Assembly: GCA_964516745.1 (NCBI GenBank)
Contig: CAZEYD010000004.1
Span: forward strand, 7,972-71,971
DNA length: 64,000 nt
Direction of reading: 5' to 3'
Origin: Candidatus Woesearchaeota archaeon
GTDB taxonomy: Archaea; Nanobdellota; Nanobdellia; Pacearchaeales; GW2011-AR1
A program made the position numbers and the translations under genes. Below the pieces are notes generated by a model. It ran no database searches and was not told where the DNA came from. It worked only from the letters and a program-made list of their open reading frames with translations. Numbering within the stretch: the first letter of the stretch is position 1; each line of letters starts with the position of its first letter. Shown here piece after piece: positions 9,375-18,684 of this stretch.

Positions 9375-10319
9375 TTGTATTGTTATTCTATGATAGATGT
9401 TAATGAGGTAAAACAAAAAATTATTAAATATTTAGAAGAGAATGGATTTAGTTTGCCTGTTAGAATTGCTAAATCAATTGAATTGGAACCTGTTTTCACT
9501 TCTGCAATATTGTCTGAGTTGATTAATTCTCAAAAAATCAAATCTACTAATTTTCGATTGGGCGCGTCTTTTTTCTATTTTTTAGATGGTCAGGAAAGTG
9601 GCTTTGAGGAGATTGGAAATGAATACCTGAAAGGAGTTGAGAAGGAAGCATTTTTATTGTTAAAAAAAGAAAAGGTGTTAAAAGATAATGAACAGCCTCC
9701 GGCTATTCGTGTTGCGTTGAGATCTTTGAAGGATTTTGCTATTCCGTTTAAACATGAGGATGAAATTTGTTGGCGTTATAGTTTAATTTCTAAAGATGAT
9801 ATTGAAAAACAAATGGGAAATAAAGATTCAAAACAACTTAATTCGAATGATGAATTAAAGAACGTCGAGGATAAAAAGGAAGATGTAGAAAGTAATGATA
9901 ATGAACCAAAAAATGATAAACAGAATACTGATACTTTTGAATCACCGTTTCAATCCGATAAAAAAATAAAGAAAGATGAGTCTGAAAATAAAATAAATGA
10001 TAAAACTGTTTTTCTAGAAGATGTTAAAGAATTTTTAAGAAATAAGGAATTAAGATTATATGAGATAGTGGAAGAAAGTCGTAATGAAATTGTGGGTAAA
10101 GTTAAAATTAATAGCGATTTTGGGGAAATTGTTTTTTTAGTAGTAGCCAGAAATAAGAAAAGCTTATCCGATGCTGATGTTTTGTTAGCAAATAGTAAAG
10201 CTGCCGAATTTAGAGTTCCATTGTTTTTAATTAGTAAGGGTAAACCTAACAAAAAAGCTCAAGGAGTTATTGACGAATACTCTAACTTGATTAAGTTCGA
10301 AGAGATAAAAAGTTTATAA
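9375..10319 (+). CDS. hypothetical protein with N-terminal winged-helix-like domain and K/E-rich acidic linker
   Basis: N-terminal 70 aa resembles a wHTH (IIKYLEENG...PVRIAK). The middle is a low-complexity charged region. It replaces the usual fusA/tuf/rps10 position after S7. Confidence 0.35.
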   Translation: MYCYSMIDVNEVKQKIIKYLEENGFSLPVRIAKSIELEPVFTSAILSELINSQKIKSTNFRLGASFFYFLDGQESGFEEIGNEYLKGVEKEAFLLLKKEKVLKDNEQPPAIRVALRSLKDFAIPFKHEDEICWRYSLISKDDIEKQMGNKDSKQLNSNDELKNVEDKKEDVESNDNEPKNDKQNTDTFESPFQSDKKIKKDESENKINDKTVFLEDVKEFLRNKELRLYEIVEESRNEIVGKVKINSDFGEIVFLVVARNKKSLSDADVLLANSKAAEFRVPLFLISKGKPNKKAQGVIDEYSNLIKFEEIKSL

Positions 10320-10370
10320 AAAGAGATTAGTAACCACAATACTTATAAATCATATTTTTATCAAATTATC

Positions 10371-10586
10371 ATGGGAAGAATTAAAACTACATTAATAAAA
10401 AGAACTTCGAGACAATTGATAAGTAAGTCTCCAGAATTATTTACAGAAATTTTTGATGAAAATAAAAAAGTTCTTGGAAATACTTTGTCTAGTAAAAAAG
10501 TAAGAAATAAAGTAGCCGGATATGTTGGTAGACTTAAGAGACAAACGGAAAAAATAATTGAGAGTGAAGAAAATGAAGGTAAATAG
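10371..10586 (+). CDS. rps17e: ribosomal protein S17e
   Basis: The N-terminus MGRIKTTLIKRTSRQLI matches the S17e signature (MGRVRTKTVKRAAR...). Confidence 0.7.
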   Translation: MGRIKTTLIKRTSRQLISKSPELFTEIFDENKKVLGNTLSSKKVRNKVAGYVGRLKRQTEKIIESEENEGK

Positions 10587-10866
10587 TGACGATAATATTA
10601 TTTTAGTTGGCGGTAAACCATTCATGAATTATGTTACGGGTGTAATTATTCAATTTACTACTAAAGAAGCTAAAGAGGTTATTGTCAAATCGAGAGGAAA
10701 ATTTATTTCTAAAGCTGTTGATATTGCTGAAGTTGCTAGGCGAAAATTTTTAGTCGATCTAAAAGTTTTTATTAAAGATGTTAAAATTGCGTCTGAAGAA
10801 TTTGAGGGAGAGGAAGGGAAAAATATTTCTGTTTCTACTTTAGAAATCACGATGGCAAAGGAATAA
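10573..10866 (+). CDS. alba: Alba (Sso10b) DNA/RNA-binding chromatin protein
   Basis: The segment NIILVGGKPFMNYVTGVI...VKSRGKFISKAVDIAEVARRKF matches the Alba fold signature. The ATG at 10573 overlaps the S17e 3' end by 14 nt. Confidence 0.75.
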   Translation: MKVNSDDNIILVGGKPFMNYVTGVIIQFTTKEAKEVIVKSRGKFISKAVDIAEVARRKFLVDLKVFIKDVKIASEEFEGEEGKNISVSTLEITMAKE

Positions 10867-10892
10867 ATTATATATTTTTGAGGTTAACCAAA

Positions 10893-10906
10893 ACCCTTAT
10901 ATAACC
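10893..10906 (+). promoter_or_regulatory. TATA-like box (cttatataacc) ~20 nt upstream of the psmA ATG; leaderless transcript likely
   Basis: TATA-like octamer at archaeal promoter spacing relative to the start codon. Confidence 0.35.
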
Positions 10907-10924
10907 TAAACTATATTTCATAAT

Positions 10925-11623
10925 ATGGATGATGCACAACATCAACAGATGGGATATGATAGGGCAGCTACTATGTTTGCCCCTGATGGTCATATTTTAC
11001 AAGTAGAATATGCCGAGAAAACAATTAGGTTAGGTAGTGCTTCTATTGGGTGGATTTGTAAGGATGCTGTTGTTATAATTAGTGATAGAAGACAAAAAGA
11101 TATTTTAGTTGTTGAAGATTCTGCTAATAAAATTCAAGAAATCGATGATCATATTATTTGTGTTAGTGCTGGTATTAGTAGTGATGCTAGAGTTTTGATC
11201 GATAAAGCTAGAATGGCTGCACAACAACATATGGTTACTTATGATTCTCCTGTTAGCGTAGAATCGGTTGTTAAGGGTATTGCTGACATTAAACAACAAT
11301 TCTCACATTATGGTGGTGCTAGACCTTTTGGAGTTTCTATGATGTTCGCTGGAATGGACGGTGATGCTAGTTTGTATGTTACTGATGTTACTGGTAACTA
11401 TTTAAAATATAAAGCTAATGTGATTGGTGAGAATGATCATAAGATTAAAGAGAAATTAAGAGTTAAATATAAAGAAGATTTGAGTATTAATGAAGCTGTT
11501 AAGATTGTTTTAAAAATTTTTGAAGAAGTTCAGGGTGAAGATTTTGAGATTAATAGGTTCGATATTGGTGTTATAGAAAAAGATAAGGGCTTTCGTAGAA
11601 TAAAGGGTAGGGATTTGAAATAA
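10925..11623 (+). CDS. psmA: proteasome alpha subunit
   Basis: YDRAATMFAPDGHILQVEYA is the canonical proteasome-alpha N-terminal motif. 232 aa. Confidence 0.9.
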   Translation: MDDAQHQQMGYDRAATMFAPDGHILQVEYAEKTIRLGSASIGWICKDAVVIISDRRQKDILVVEDSANKIQEIDDHIICVSAGISSDARVLIDKARMAAQQHMVTYDSPVSVESVVKGIADIKQQFSHYGGARPFGVSMMFAGMDGDASLYVTDVTGNYLKYKANVIGENDHKIKEKLRVKYKEDLSINEAVKIVLKIFEEVQGEDFEINRFDIGVIEKDKGFRRIKGRDLK

Positions 11624-11643
11624 TTTTTTAATTAGTGATTTTT

Positions 11644-11814
11644 ATGTTACTTCCAATTTATCGAGATGAATTTATAGAATATTTAATTAATGAAATTAAA
11701 GAATTAAAAACTGATGTTATTGAAGCTGATATCGTTGAACGACAAGAGTATCTAAAAGGTTGGCATGATGCTCATTTGGAGATTTTGAGAATGGTAAGGG
11801 ATGTAGAAGTATAG
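11644..11814 (+). CDS. small ORF (56 aa), hypothetical
   Basis: ATG-initiated ORF in the psmA-SBDS spacer with protein-like composition (MLLPIYRDEFIEYLINEIKELK...). Below the ORF-track cutoff. Confidence 0.25.
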   Translation: MLLPIYRDEFIEYLINEIKELKTDVIEADIVERQEYLKGWHDAHLEILRMVRDVEV

Positions 11815-11861
11815 GGTTCTTTAGTAATAAACTTAATAAAGTCTAATTGATTATTTATATT

Positions 11862-12530
11862 ATGACAGAGACTACTGCTAGAATTAAGAGGGGAGGAAAG
11901 CATTTTGAAATTCTTGTTGATTTGGATGAGGCGTTGAAAGTTTTGAAGAATGAGGGAGATATTAATCAGGCTGTTTTAACTGATGATATATTTTATAATT
12001 TAAAAAGTGGCGAACATGCATCTAAAGAAGACTTGATGGAACAATTTAATACAGTGGATTTTTCACAAGTTGCTCTTAAAATTATTAAGAGTGGTGAGAT
12101 TGTTAGAACTACTGATTCTATGAAAGAGGATGTGGATAAAAAGTATAAGCAGGTTGTGGATTTTTTGGTTAAGAATGCTGTTAGTCCTGAGGGTAGGCCA
12201 TATACTCCTGATAGAATTATGAAAGCTTTGCATGAGGCTCGTATTAATGTTAAGAATAAACCAATTGAATCTCAGATTAATGAGATTATGGACCATTTGA
12301 TAAAAATTTTACCAATTAAAATTGAAACAAAGAAAGTAAAATTAAAAATCTCTGCTCAACATACTGGTAAAGTATATGGGATTGTTAAAGAGTTTCTTAA
12401 GGAAGAAAATTGGCAAAACAGTGGTGATTTGGAATGTGTTATTGAGGTTCCTAGTGGTTTGATTCTTGAGTTTTATGATAAAGTGAATGATGCGACACAT
12501 GGTAGTGTGTTGAGTGAAGAAGTTAAGTAG
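11862..12530 (+). CDS. sdo1: SBDS/Sdo1 ribosome maturation protein
   Basis: ARIKRGGKHFEILVDLDEALKVLKNEG matches the SBDS N-terminal FYSH domain. It is a neighbour of psmA as in the archaeal exosome/proteasome superoperon. The track start at 11847 is a TTG; an ATG lies at 11862. Confidence 0.8.
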   Translation: MTETTARIKRGGKHFEILVDLDEALKVLKNEGDINQAVLTDDIFYNLKSGEHASKEDLMEQFNTVDFSQVALKIIKSGEIVRTTDSMKEDVDKKYKQVVDFLVKNAVSPEGRPYTPDRIMKALHEARINVKNKPIESQINEIMDHLIKILPIKIETKKVKLKISAQHTGKVYGIVKEFLKEENWQNSGDLECVIEVPSGLILEFYDKVNDATHGSVLSEEVK

Positions 12531-12770
12531 GGGATTAGTGGTTAGAAGGTGATGATAGGTCGTATTAGAATATAATTATTTTTATAAAGATTGGTAGGTG
12601 TTATTTTTTATGAGTAAGAAGCTTTTGAGAAGGATTCTGAGATTTGTAAGATTTTTGGACAGGTTAAATATGATTGGCGGATTTTAGGTTATGATGTTAG
12701 ATATGAACCAACAGGTGAATATGACTCTAAATCTATCAATGAGAAAGTAAGATTAGAAATTCGTAATGGT

Positions 12771-13073
12771 ATGAAAGTTGTTATAGATTCTGATTTGATG
12801 GTTGGTTTGATATCTCCTGATATATCTATTGTGGATAAGATTGAGTATGACCATTTGTATAAAAGTGGTGAACTTGTTGAATTTGTTGAGAATCATAAAA
12901 GAAAATTTGATAATTTGACTAAAAGGATTGAAAATTTTTATCAGAGGAATTTTCAGAGAGAATGTATAAGAGCTGATGATATGAAAATAAGAAAATATCA
13001 AGATTGGGTTAGAAATGAACAGGGACGTGCTAGGATAATGCATCAAATTGTTGGTGCTGAAAATTTGGATTGA
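12771..13073 (+). CDS. hypothetical protein (reading frame stays open upstream to 12618 without a start codon; possibly frameshifted)
   Basis: ORF of 100 aa. 150 nt of in-frame coding-like sequence lies upstream, and a 25-codon ATG ORF in another frame (12610-12693) ends at a T4 run. Confidence 0.3.
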   Translation: MKVVIDSDLMVGLISPDISIVDKIEYDHLYKSGELVEFVENHKRKFDNLTKRIENFYQRNFQRECIRADDMKIRKYQDWVRNEQGRARIMHQIVGAENLD

Positions 13074-13109
13074 TGATAATCTTTTAAACCTTTCAATATT
13101 ATTTATCTT

Positions 13110-13640
13110 ATGACATTAATTTATGAGCCCGCTGAAGATTCGTTTTTGTTTATGGATTTTTTGAGTGATTGTTTTGAGGGTAGTGATGTTAGTGGGAAAA
13201 GTATTCTTGATATGGGTTGTGGTAGTTGTGTTTTATCTGAGACTTTGAGAGATTTGGCTTTTGAAGATATTTTGTGTGTTGATATTAATTCTGATGCTGT
13301 TAAGTTGGCTAAGGGAAAAGGATTTAGAGCTGTTAAGAGTGACTTGTTTGAGAATATTGTTGATAGATTTGATTATATTATTTTTAATGCTCCGTATTTG
13401 CCTAAGGATGAGAGAGAGGATGATGAGTCGATGCTTGCGACGACTGGTGGTGAGCGTGGTGATGAAGTTATTGTGAAGTTTTTGGAGAATGTTAAGAATT
13501 TTCTGAATGATGGTGCTAAAGTTTATGTTTTGGTTTCGAGTTTAACATCAATGGATAAGATTAATGAATATAAGCCTGAGGTTGTGGCTAAGAAGAATGC
13601 GTTTTTTGAAGAGTTGAAGATTTTGAAGTTTGTGTTTTGA
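13110..13640 (+). CDS. class I SAM-dependent methyltransferase, HemK/Mtq2-like (protein glutamine N5-methyltransferase family)
   Basis: N-terminal YEPAEDSFLF, the SAM motif LDMGCGSC and the FNAPYLP motif IV (an NPPY variant) are arranged as in archaeal Mtq2. Confidence 0.55.
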   Translation: MTLIYEPAEDSFLFMDFLSDCFEGSDVSGKSILDMGCGSCVLSETLRDLAFEDILCVDINSDAVKLAKGKGFRAVKSDLFENIVDRFDYIIFNAPYLPKDEREDDESMLATTGGERGDEVIVKFLENVKNFLNDGAKVYVLVSSLTSMDKINEYKPEVVAKKNAFFEELKILKFVF

Positions 13641-13697
13641 GGGTTTTGTTAGTGGATAGTTCATAATGTTTATATATAAGAATAGTCTTTATTCTTT

Positions 13698-15245
13698 ATG
13701 AAAAAGAAGTTGATATTTAGTATTGTATTTTTATTATTGATTAATTTTTCGTTTCTTGTAGTGGCGGTTGATATTAATTATGTGGATTATACGTTGGATA
13801 GAGATTCTTTTTGTAGTGGAAATGGATTTAGTTGTGGTGAATGGGAAATATCTTCTAATGATTTTGTGAATTGTGGTAGTTGTAGTGGTAACGATATCTG
13901 TTTTTTAGGTAATTGTAGTTATTTTGGAGATTGGACGTGTAAAGATTCACCTGGTGTTAAGGGGCTATTGTCGTATTGGGTTATATATGAGGATGGTGGA
14001 ATTAAAACTGGGTTAGTTAAAAATGAAGAAGAATTTAATGAATCGCAAAATGTTTTTTATAATAATGATGGAATTGCAACTGGATTACAATATGGAAGAG
14101 ATAATACTAAGGTTTCTAGGATGGGTTTTTATTCTGTTAATTCTCCCTTATGTAGTACATTTTCTCACAAGAATGAAAAAGAAGATTTAGGTGTACTTCA
14201 TAAAATTTGTGAATATTATGGTTGTGATTGGTCCGGCCCTACTGGAAGTGACAATCCTGCTCTTGTAACATCAGGAGTATGTTCTGGGAAACCATCTTGT
14301 TCGGATTTACGATTTGGTGATTGTGGTAATAAAGTTGGACTATATTGTTATTTAGATGGATTAAAGATAACCGCTGGTAGATCCTTGGATTGGCAGGGAA
14401 AAACTTTCTTATCTTCACGTGATATTAATACAATTTGGGATGGCGGTGTTCTTCCAATGGATTTAACCTTTTTTGATTATAGTTTAAATAAAGGAACAGA
14501 GGTGACTTTCGAATTTTATTCTTATAAAGAAAGTAATAAAGATAAATATATTGAAGAATGTTATAAAGATTTTAATTTAATTGAGTCTGAGAAATGTGAG
14601 AATTTAAAAGATCTTTACCTTGTTGGTTTTAGAATTGGGGAAAACTCGATTCATGGTTTTATTGATGATGATAATAAAGTGACAGTACAATTAGATGTTT
14701 CAGCTGAGGATTTAAAAAAGATTGATTTTAATGGTGAGATTACTTTAGCTGTGGGAATCTCTGCAAATGATGTCGGAATATTTTCTCCAAATAAAAGTTT
14801 CTTATCGTTTCCTATCCCTGTAAGGTTAGGTACTACTCCTTTTAGTCCTGCAGTATGGAGTTATTATGATTATAATAATCCAGAACTATTAATAAATGAT
14901 TTTGGGACGGTTATAAGAACAAATGAGCATATTCAAAACAGTATTTCTTTGGCTACTGTAACTGAATATTGCTCTGGTGAAGTGTCATGTGACCTTATTA
15001 CTTCTGAATATGATTGTGAATCTGTTATGCTGGAAATGGATGAGATGAATAAAAAAGATGAAGAACGTTTTAAAAATTCTGCTACATGTTATTGGAATAA
15101 TGAGACTTCAATTTGTGAGGGAGTTATTCCTTGTAATGGATTGAGTTTTGGAAAAAACGAATGTAACTCTTTTGCAGAATGTTCTTGGGAAAAAGATAGT
15201 TTATGGCAACGCTTTTCTAGTTGGATTGGTCTTTTGTTTAATTAG
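13698..15245 (+). CDS. secreted cysteine-rich protein (signal peptide)
   Basis: N-terminal hydrophobic signal (MKKKLIFSIVFLLLINFSFLVVA). More than 40 Cys. No recognisable enzyme motifs. Confidence 0.45.
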   Translation: MKKKLIFSIVFLLLINFSFLVVAVDINYVDYTLDRDSFCSGNGFSCGEWEISSNDFVNCGSCSGNDICFLGNCSYFGDWTCKDSPGVKGLLSYWVIYEDGGIKTGLVKNEEEFNESQNVFYNNDGIATGLQYGRDNTKVSRMGFYSVNSPLCSTFSHKNEKEDLGVLHKICEYYGCDWSGPTGSDNPALVTSGVCSGKPSCSDLRFGDCGNKVGLYCYLDGLKITAGRSLDWQGKTFLSSRDINTIWDGGVLPMDLTFFDYSLNKGTEVTFEFYSYKESNKDKYIEECYKDFNLIESEKCENLKDLYLVGFRIGENSIHGFIDDDNKVTVQLDVSAEDLKKIDFNGEITLAVGISANDVGIFSPNKSFLSFPIPVRLGTTPFSPAVWSYYDYNNPELLINDFGTVIRTNEHIQNSISLATVTEYCSGEVSCDLITSEYDCESVMLEMDEMNKKDEERFKNSATCYWNNETSICEGVIPCNGLSFGKNECNSFAECSWEKDSLWQRFSSWIGLLFN

Positions 15246-15390
15246 TTCCCAAACTTTTTTAAACTTTGAATTCTATAATATTTTATGAAAGCTAATAATT
15301 ATTTCGTTATGAGTGATTTGTTAGTTGGAACTTTTTCACTTTTACTTTAAGCATTATTTTTAATGCCATATTTTTAACATGATAAATGAA

Positions 15391-15405
15391 TTTTTATATA
15401 ATTTT
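15391..15405 (+). promoter_or_regulatory. TATA-like box (tttttatataatttt) upstream of leuS, followed by a GGGAGAG Shine-Dalgarno-like element 7 nt before the ATG
   Basis: Archaeal TATA consensus ~45 nt before the ATG at 15447. A purine-rich RBS lies at 15434-15440. Confidence 0.35.
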
Positions 15406-15446
15406 GAAAGAGAAAATAATTTAAACTTACTTTGGGAGAGAATATT

Positions 15447-18284
15447 ATGAATGAGTTAAATTTTAAGGCGATTGAAGAAAAGTGGCAAGCTAGATGGGAA
15501 GAGGCTAAGTTGTTTGAGGCTGATGATAATAGTTTAAAACCTAAATATTATGTTTTGGAAATGTTTCCGTATCCTTCTGGTTCTGGTTTACATATGGGTC
15601 ATGCTTGGAATTATACCATTGGGGATATTTTAGCTAGGTTTAAAATTATGCGGGGTTTCAACGTTTTACATCCAATGGGGTATGATGCTTTGGGTTTGCC
15701 TGCTGAGAACGCGGCAATTTTAGCAGGAGAACATCCTGAAGATTATACTAATAATTCTATAAAAAGATTTATGAATCAACAAAAGAGATTAGGAATTACT
15801 TATGATTGGAGTCGTGTTGTAAATACTGCTTCACCTGAATATTACAAATGGGATCAGTGGATTTTCTTAAAGATGCTTGAAAAGGGTTTGGCTTATCAGA
15901 AAGAGTCTGCGGTTAATTGGTGTCCTAAGTGTAATACTGTTCTTGCGAATGAACAAGTGCATGAAGGTAATTGTTGGAGGCATGAAGATACTCCTGTTGA
16001 AATCAAGCATTTGAGACAGTGGTTTTTGAAGATTACCGATTATGCTGATGAGCTTTATGAAGAAATTGAGAATTTAGATTGGCCGTTTAGGACTAAAGCT
16101 ATGCAAAAAAATTGGATTGGAAAGAGTCATGGAACGGAGATTGAGTTTGGGGTCGAGGGAAAAGAAAAAGTGATTTTGATTGATGCTACTCATTTTTTGA
16201 TTGATGAAGAAGGAAATGTTAGTAGGGAATTAAAAAAGTATTTAGATTCTTTATCAAATAAAAAGATTATTTTAACAAACTCTTCTTTTGAAAAACATGA
16301 TATCTTATTTAAAAATTTGCAAGATTATGAGATTTTTACCCTTGAGAATAATCCTAATAAAAAAGATCCAAAATATTATGAATCTGTTTTAAAGAAATTT
16401 AATTTGAAATTTAATGAAGTTATTTGTTTTGAACATAAAGAAGATAGTGTTAAGTCTGCAGAATCAATTGGTATAAAGACTATATTATCTAAAGGAGAAT
16501 TGAAACAAGTGAAATCTTTTATTGATGAGAATTCAACTCAGAACTCGGAAAAATGGCCGATTTTCACAACTCGTCCGGATACGATTTTTGGTGTGACTTT
16601 TATGGTTGTTTCTGCGCAACATAGTAAGCTTTGGGATTTGGTGACTGATGAACAGAAGAAAGATGTTGAAGAGTTTTTGAAAAAATTGAAGTCTGTTTCT
16701 GAGAAGGATATTGGAGATTTGGAGAAAGAAGGAGTTTTTACTGGTAGTTATGCAATCAATCCTGCGAATGGTGAGAGAGTTCCAATTTATGCTGGTAATT
16801 TTGTTGTTGCTGACTATGGTTCTGGTATGGTTATGGCCGTTCCTGCTCATGATAAACGAGATTATGAATTTGCTAAGAAGTATGGTATTGAAGTTAAGGA
16901 GGTGGTTGAAGCTCCTGAAGGAAATAGTGATGAAATCTATACTGGTAAGGATGGTATTTTGATTAACTCTGGTGAGTTTGATAAAATGAATTCTAAAGAT
17001 GCGATTATAAAAATTACTGATTGGTTAAAAGAAAAAGGAAAGGGTAAGCGTGTTGTTAATTTTAGACTTCGTGATTGGGGTGTGAGTCGTCAGAGATATT
17101 GGGGAACACCAATTCCAATTGTTTATTGTGAGAAATGTGGTGCTGTTCCTATTGACGAAAAAGATTTACCTGTTAAGTTACCTAAGGATGTAAAATTTGG
17201 TAATGGAAATCCTTTACTTACTAATGAAGATTGGATTAATACTAAATGTCCTAAGTGTGGTGGAGCAGCAAGACGAGAGACTGATACAATGGATACTTTT
17301 GTTAACTCTAGTTGGTATAATTTGAGATTTACTGATCCTAAAAATGATAAAGAGATTTTTTCTAAAAAGAAGGCAAAGTATTGGAATCCAATTGATGTTT
17401 ATGTTGGTGGGGCCGAACATGCTTGTATGCATCTAATTTATTTTAGATTTTATACTAAGTTTTTGAGAGATTTAGGTTTGATTAATTTTGGTGAGCCTGC
17501 AAAGAAATTGTTTCATCAGGGTATGTTATCTGGAGAGGGTGGTGTAAAGATGAGTAAGTCTAAACCGGAAACATGTATATTACCTGAAGAGATTTCAAAT
17601 CGTTATGGTATTGATACTGCACGATTTTTTTTATCTGGATTAGCTTCGCCTGATAAAAATATAAATTGGAGTGAAAATGGTATTATAGGAAGCTTTAGGT
17701 TTATTAAAAAAATCTTTGAATTTGCTGATAATTTTATCGAGAAGAAAGATGGAAATGAATTAGAAACTAAGTTAAATAATATTATTAAGAATGTGACAGA
17801 ATATTATGGTAGTTTCCAGTATAGGAAGGCTACAATTGAATTAAGGGAATTGTTTGATAAGATGTTTGAAAAGGGGTGTTCTAAAATTAGTTATGAGAAA
17901 TTTCTAAAGATATTAAATCCAATTTGTCCACATATTACTGAGGAGCTTTGGGAGAAGATCGGAAATAAAGAATTTATTTCTAATACTTCGTGGCCTGAGT
18001 TTGATGAGAAGAAGTTAAAATCTGTTAAGAAAGAGATTGATGTTAATGAGAAAATTATTGAAAATGTTAAGAATGTTGTTGATAAATTGATGGAGAAGAG
18101 AGAAGTGAAGAAAGCTTATTTGTATGTGTTGCCGTTTGAGGTTGAGAAATTGAATATTAAGAAGATTAGTGAGTCTGTTGGTTGTGAAGTTATTATTTAT
18201 TCTGTTAAGGATGCTAAGAAATATGATCCTGAGAACAAAAGTAAGAAAGCTAGACCTGGAATGCCTGGTGTTTTTGTTGAGTAA
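15447..18284 (+). CDS. leuS: leucyl-tRNA synthetase (archaeal type) carrying an extra ~128-aa insertion
   Basis: HMGH motif (PYPSGSGLHMGHAWNY), KMSKS motif (VKMSKSK), and editing-domain TTRPDTIFG. The insertion is detailed in the findings. Confidence 0.9.
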   Translation: MNELNFKAIEEKWQARWEEAKLFEADDNSLKPKYYVLEMFPYPSGSGLHMGHAWNYTIGDILARFKIMRGFNVLHPMGYDALGLPAENAAILAGEHPEDYTNNSIKRFMNQQKRLGITYDWSRVVNTASPEYYKWDQWIFLKMLEKGLAYQKESAVNWCPKCNTVLANEQVHEGNCWRHEDTPVEIKHLRQWFLKITDYADELYEEIENLDWPFRTKAMQKNWIGKSHGTEIEFGVEGKEKVILIDATHFLIDEEGNVSRELKKYLDSLSNKKIILTNSSFEKHDILFKNLQDYEIFTLENNPNKKDPKYYESVLKKFNLKFNEVICFEHKEDSVKSAESIGIKTILSKGELKQVKSFIDENSTQNSEKWPIFTTRPDTIFGVTFMVVSAQHSKLWDLVTDEQKKDVEEFLKKLKSVSEKDIGDLEKEGVFTGSYAINPANGERVPIYAGNFVVADYGSGMVMAVPAHDKRDYEFAKKYGIEVKEVVEAPEGNSDEIYTGKDGILINSGEFDKMNSKDAIIKITDWLKEKGKGKRVVNFRLRDWGVSRQRYWGTPIPIVYCEKCGAVPIDEKDLPVKLPKDVKFGNGNPLLTNEDWINTKCPKCGGAARRETDTMDTFVNSSWYNLRFTDPKNDKEIFSKKKAKYWNPIDVYVGGAEHACMHLIYFRFYTKFLRDLGLINFGEPAKKLFHQGMLSGEGGVKMSKSKPETCILPEEISNRYGIDTARFFLSGLASPDKNINWSENGIIGSFRFIKKIFEFADNFIEKKDGNELETKLNNIIKNVTEYYGSFQYRKATIELRELFDKMFEKGCSKISYEKFLKILNPICPHITEELWEKIGNKEFISNTSWPEFDEKKLKSVKKEIDVNEKIIENVKNVVDKLMEKREVKKAYLYVLPFEVEKLNIKKISESVGCEVIIYSVKDAKKYDPENKSKKARPGMPGVFVE

Positions 18285-18320
18285 AGATAAATTTAAATAT
18301 TCTATTTTCTCAAATTGTGT

Positions 18321-18635
18321 ATGGGTTTGAAAGAAATTCAAGATGAAGTTGATGAGTGGGTGAGTTTGTTAAAAGTTGGGTATTGGAAGCCTCATGAGAT
18401 TTTGGCAAGATTAACGGAAGAAACAGGGGAATTAGCTAGAGAGATAAATCATATATATGGTCCTAAGAAAAAAAAATCTTCTGAAGAAATTAAGGAATTA
18501 TCTGATGAAATGGCGGATGTTGTTTTTACAATTGTTTGTCTTGCAAATTCTTTGAATATTAATTTGGATGATTCTTTTAAGAGAGTTATGGATAAGTGTT
18601 ATGGGAGAGATGGTGATCGATTTGAAAAAAAGTAA
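18321..18635 (+). CDS. MazG-like nucleotide pyrophosphohydrolase
   Basis: The EExGELARE...EMADV pattern of the all-alpha NTP-PPase (MazG) fold. About 100 aa. Confidence 0.6.
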   Translation: MGLKEIQDEVDEWVSLLKVGYWKPHEILARLTEETGELAREINHIYGPKKKKSSEEIKELSDEMADVVFTIVCLANSLNINLDDSFKRVMDKCYGRDGDRFEKK

Positions 18636-18684
18636 GGTTTTATTTTAAGAAGATATATAAATATGAAGAATAATTAGTATTGTT

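Noticed and set aside
9375-10319. Assigning the 314-aa protein after rps7 as TFE/TFIIE-alpha or an elongation-factor remnant.
   Set aside because: Only a generic winged-helix-like N-terminus is visible. There is no zinc ribbon and there are no GTPase motifs, so the evidence is insufficient and it is left as hypothetical.
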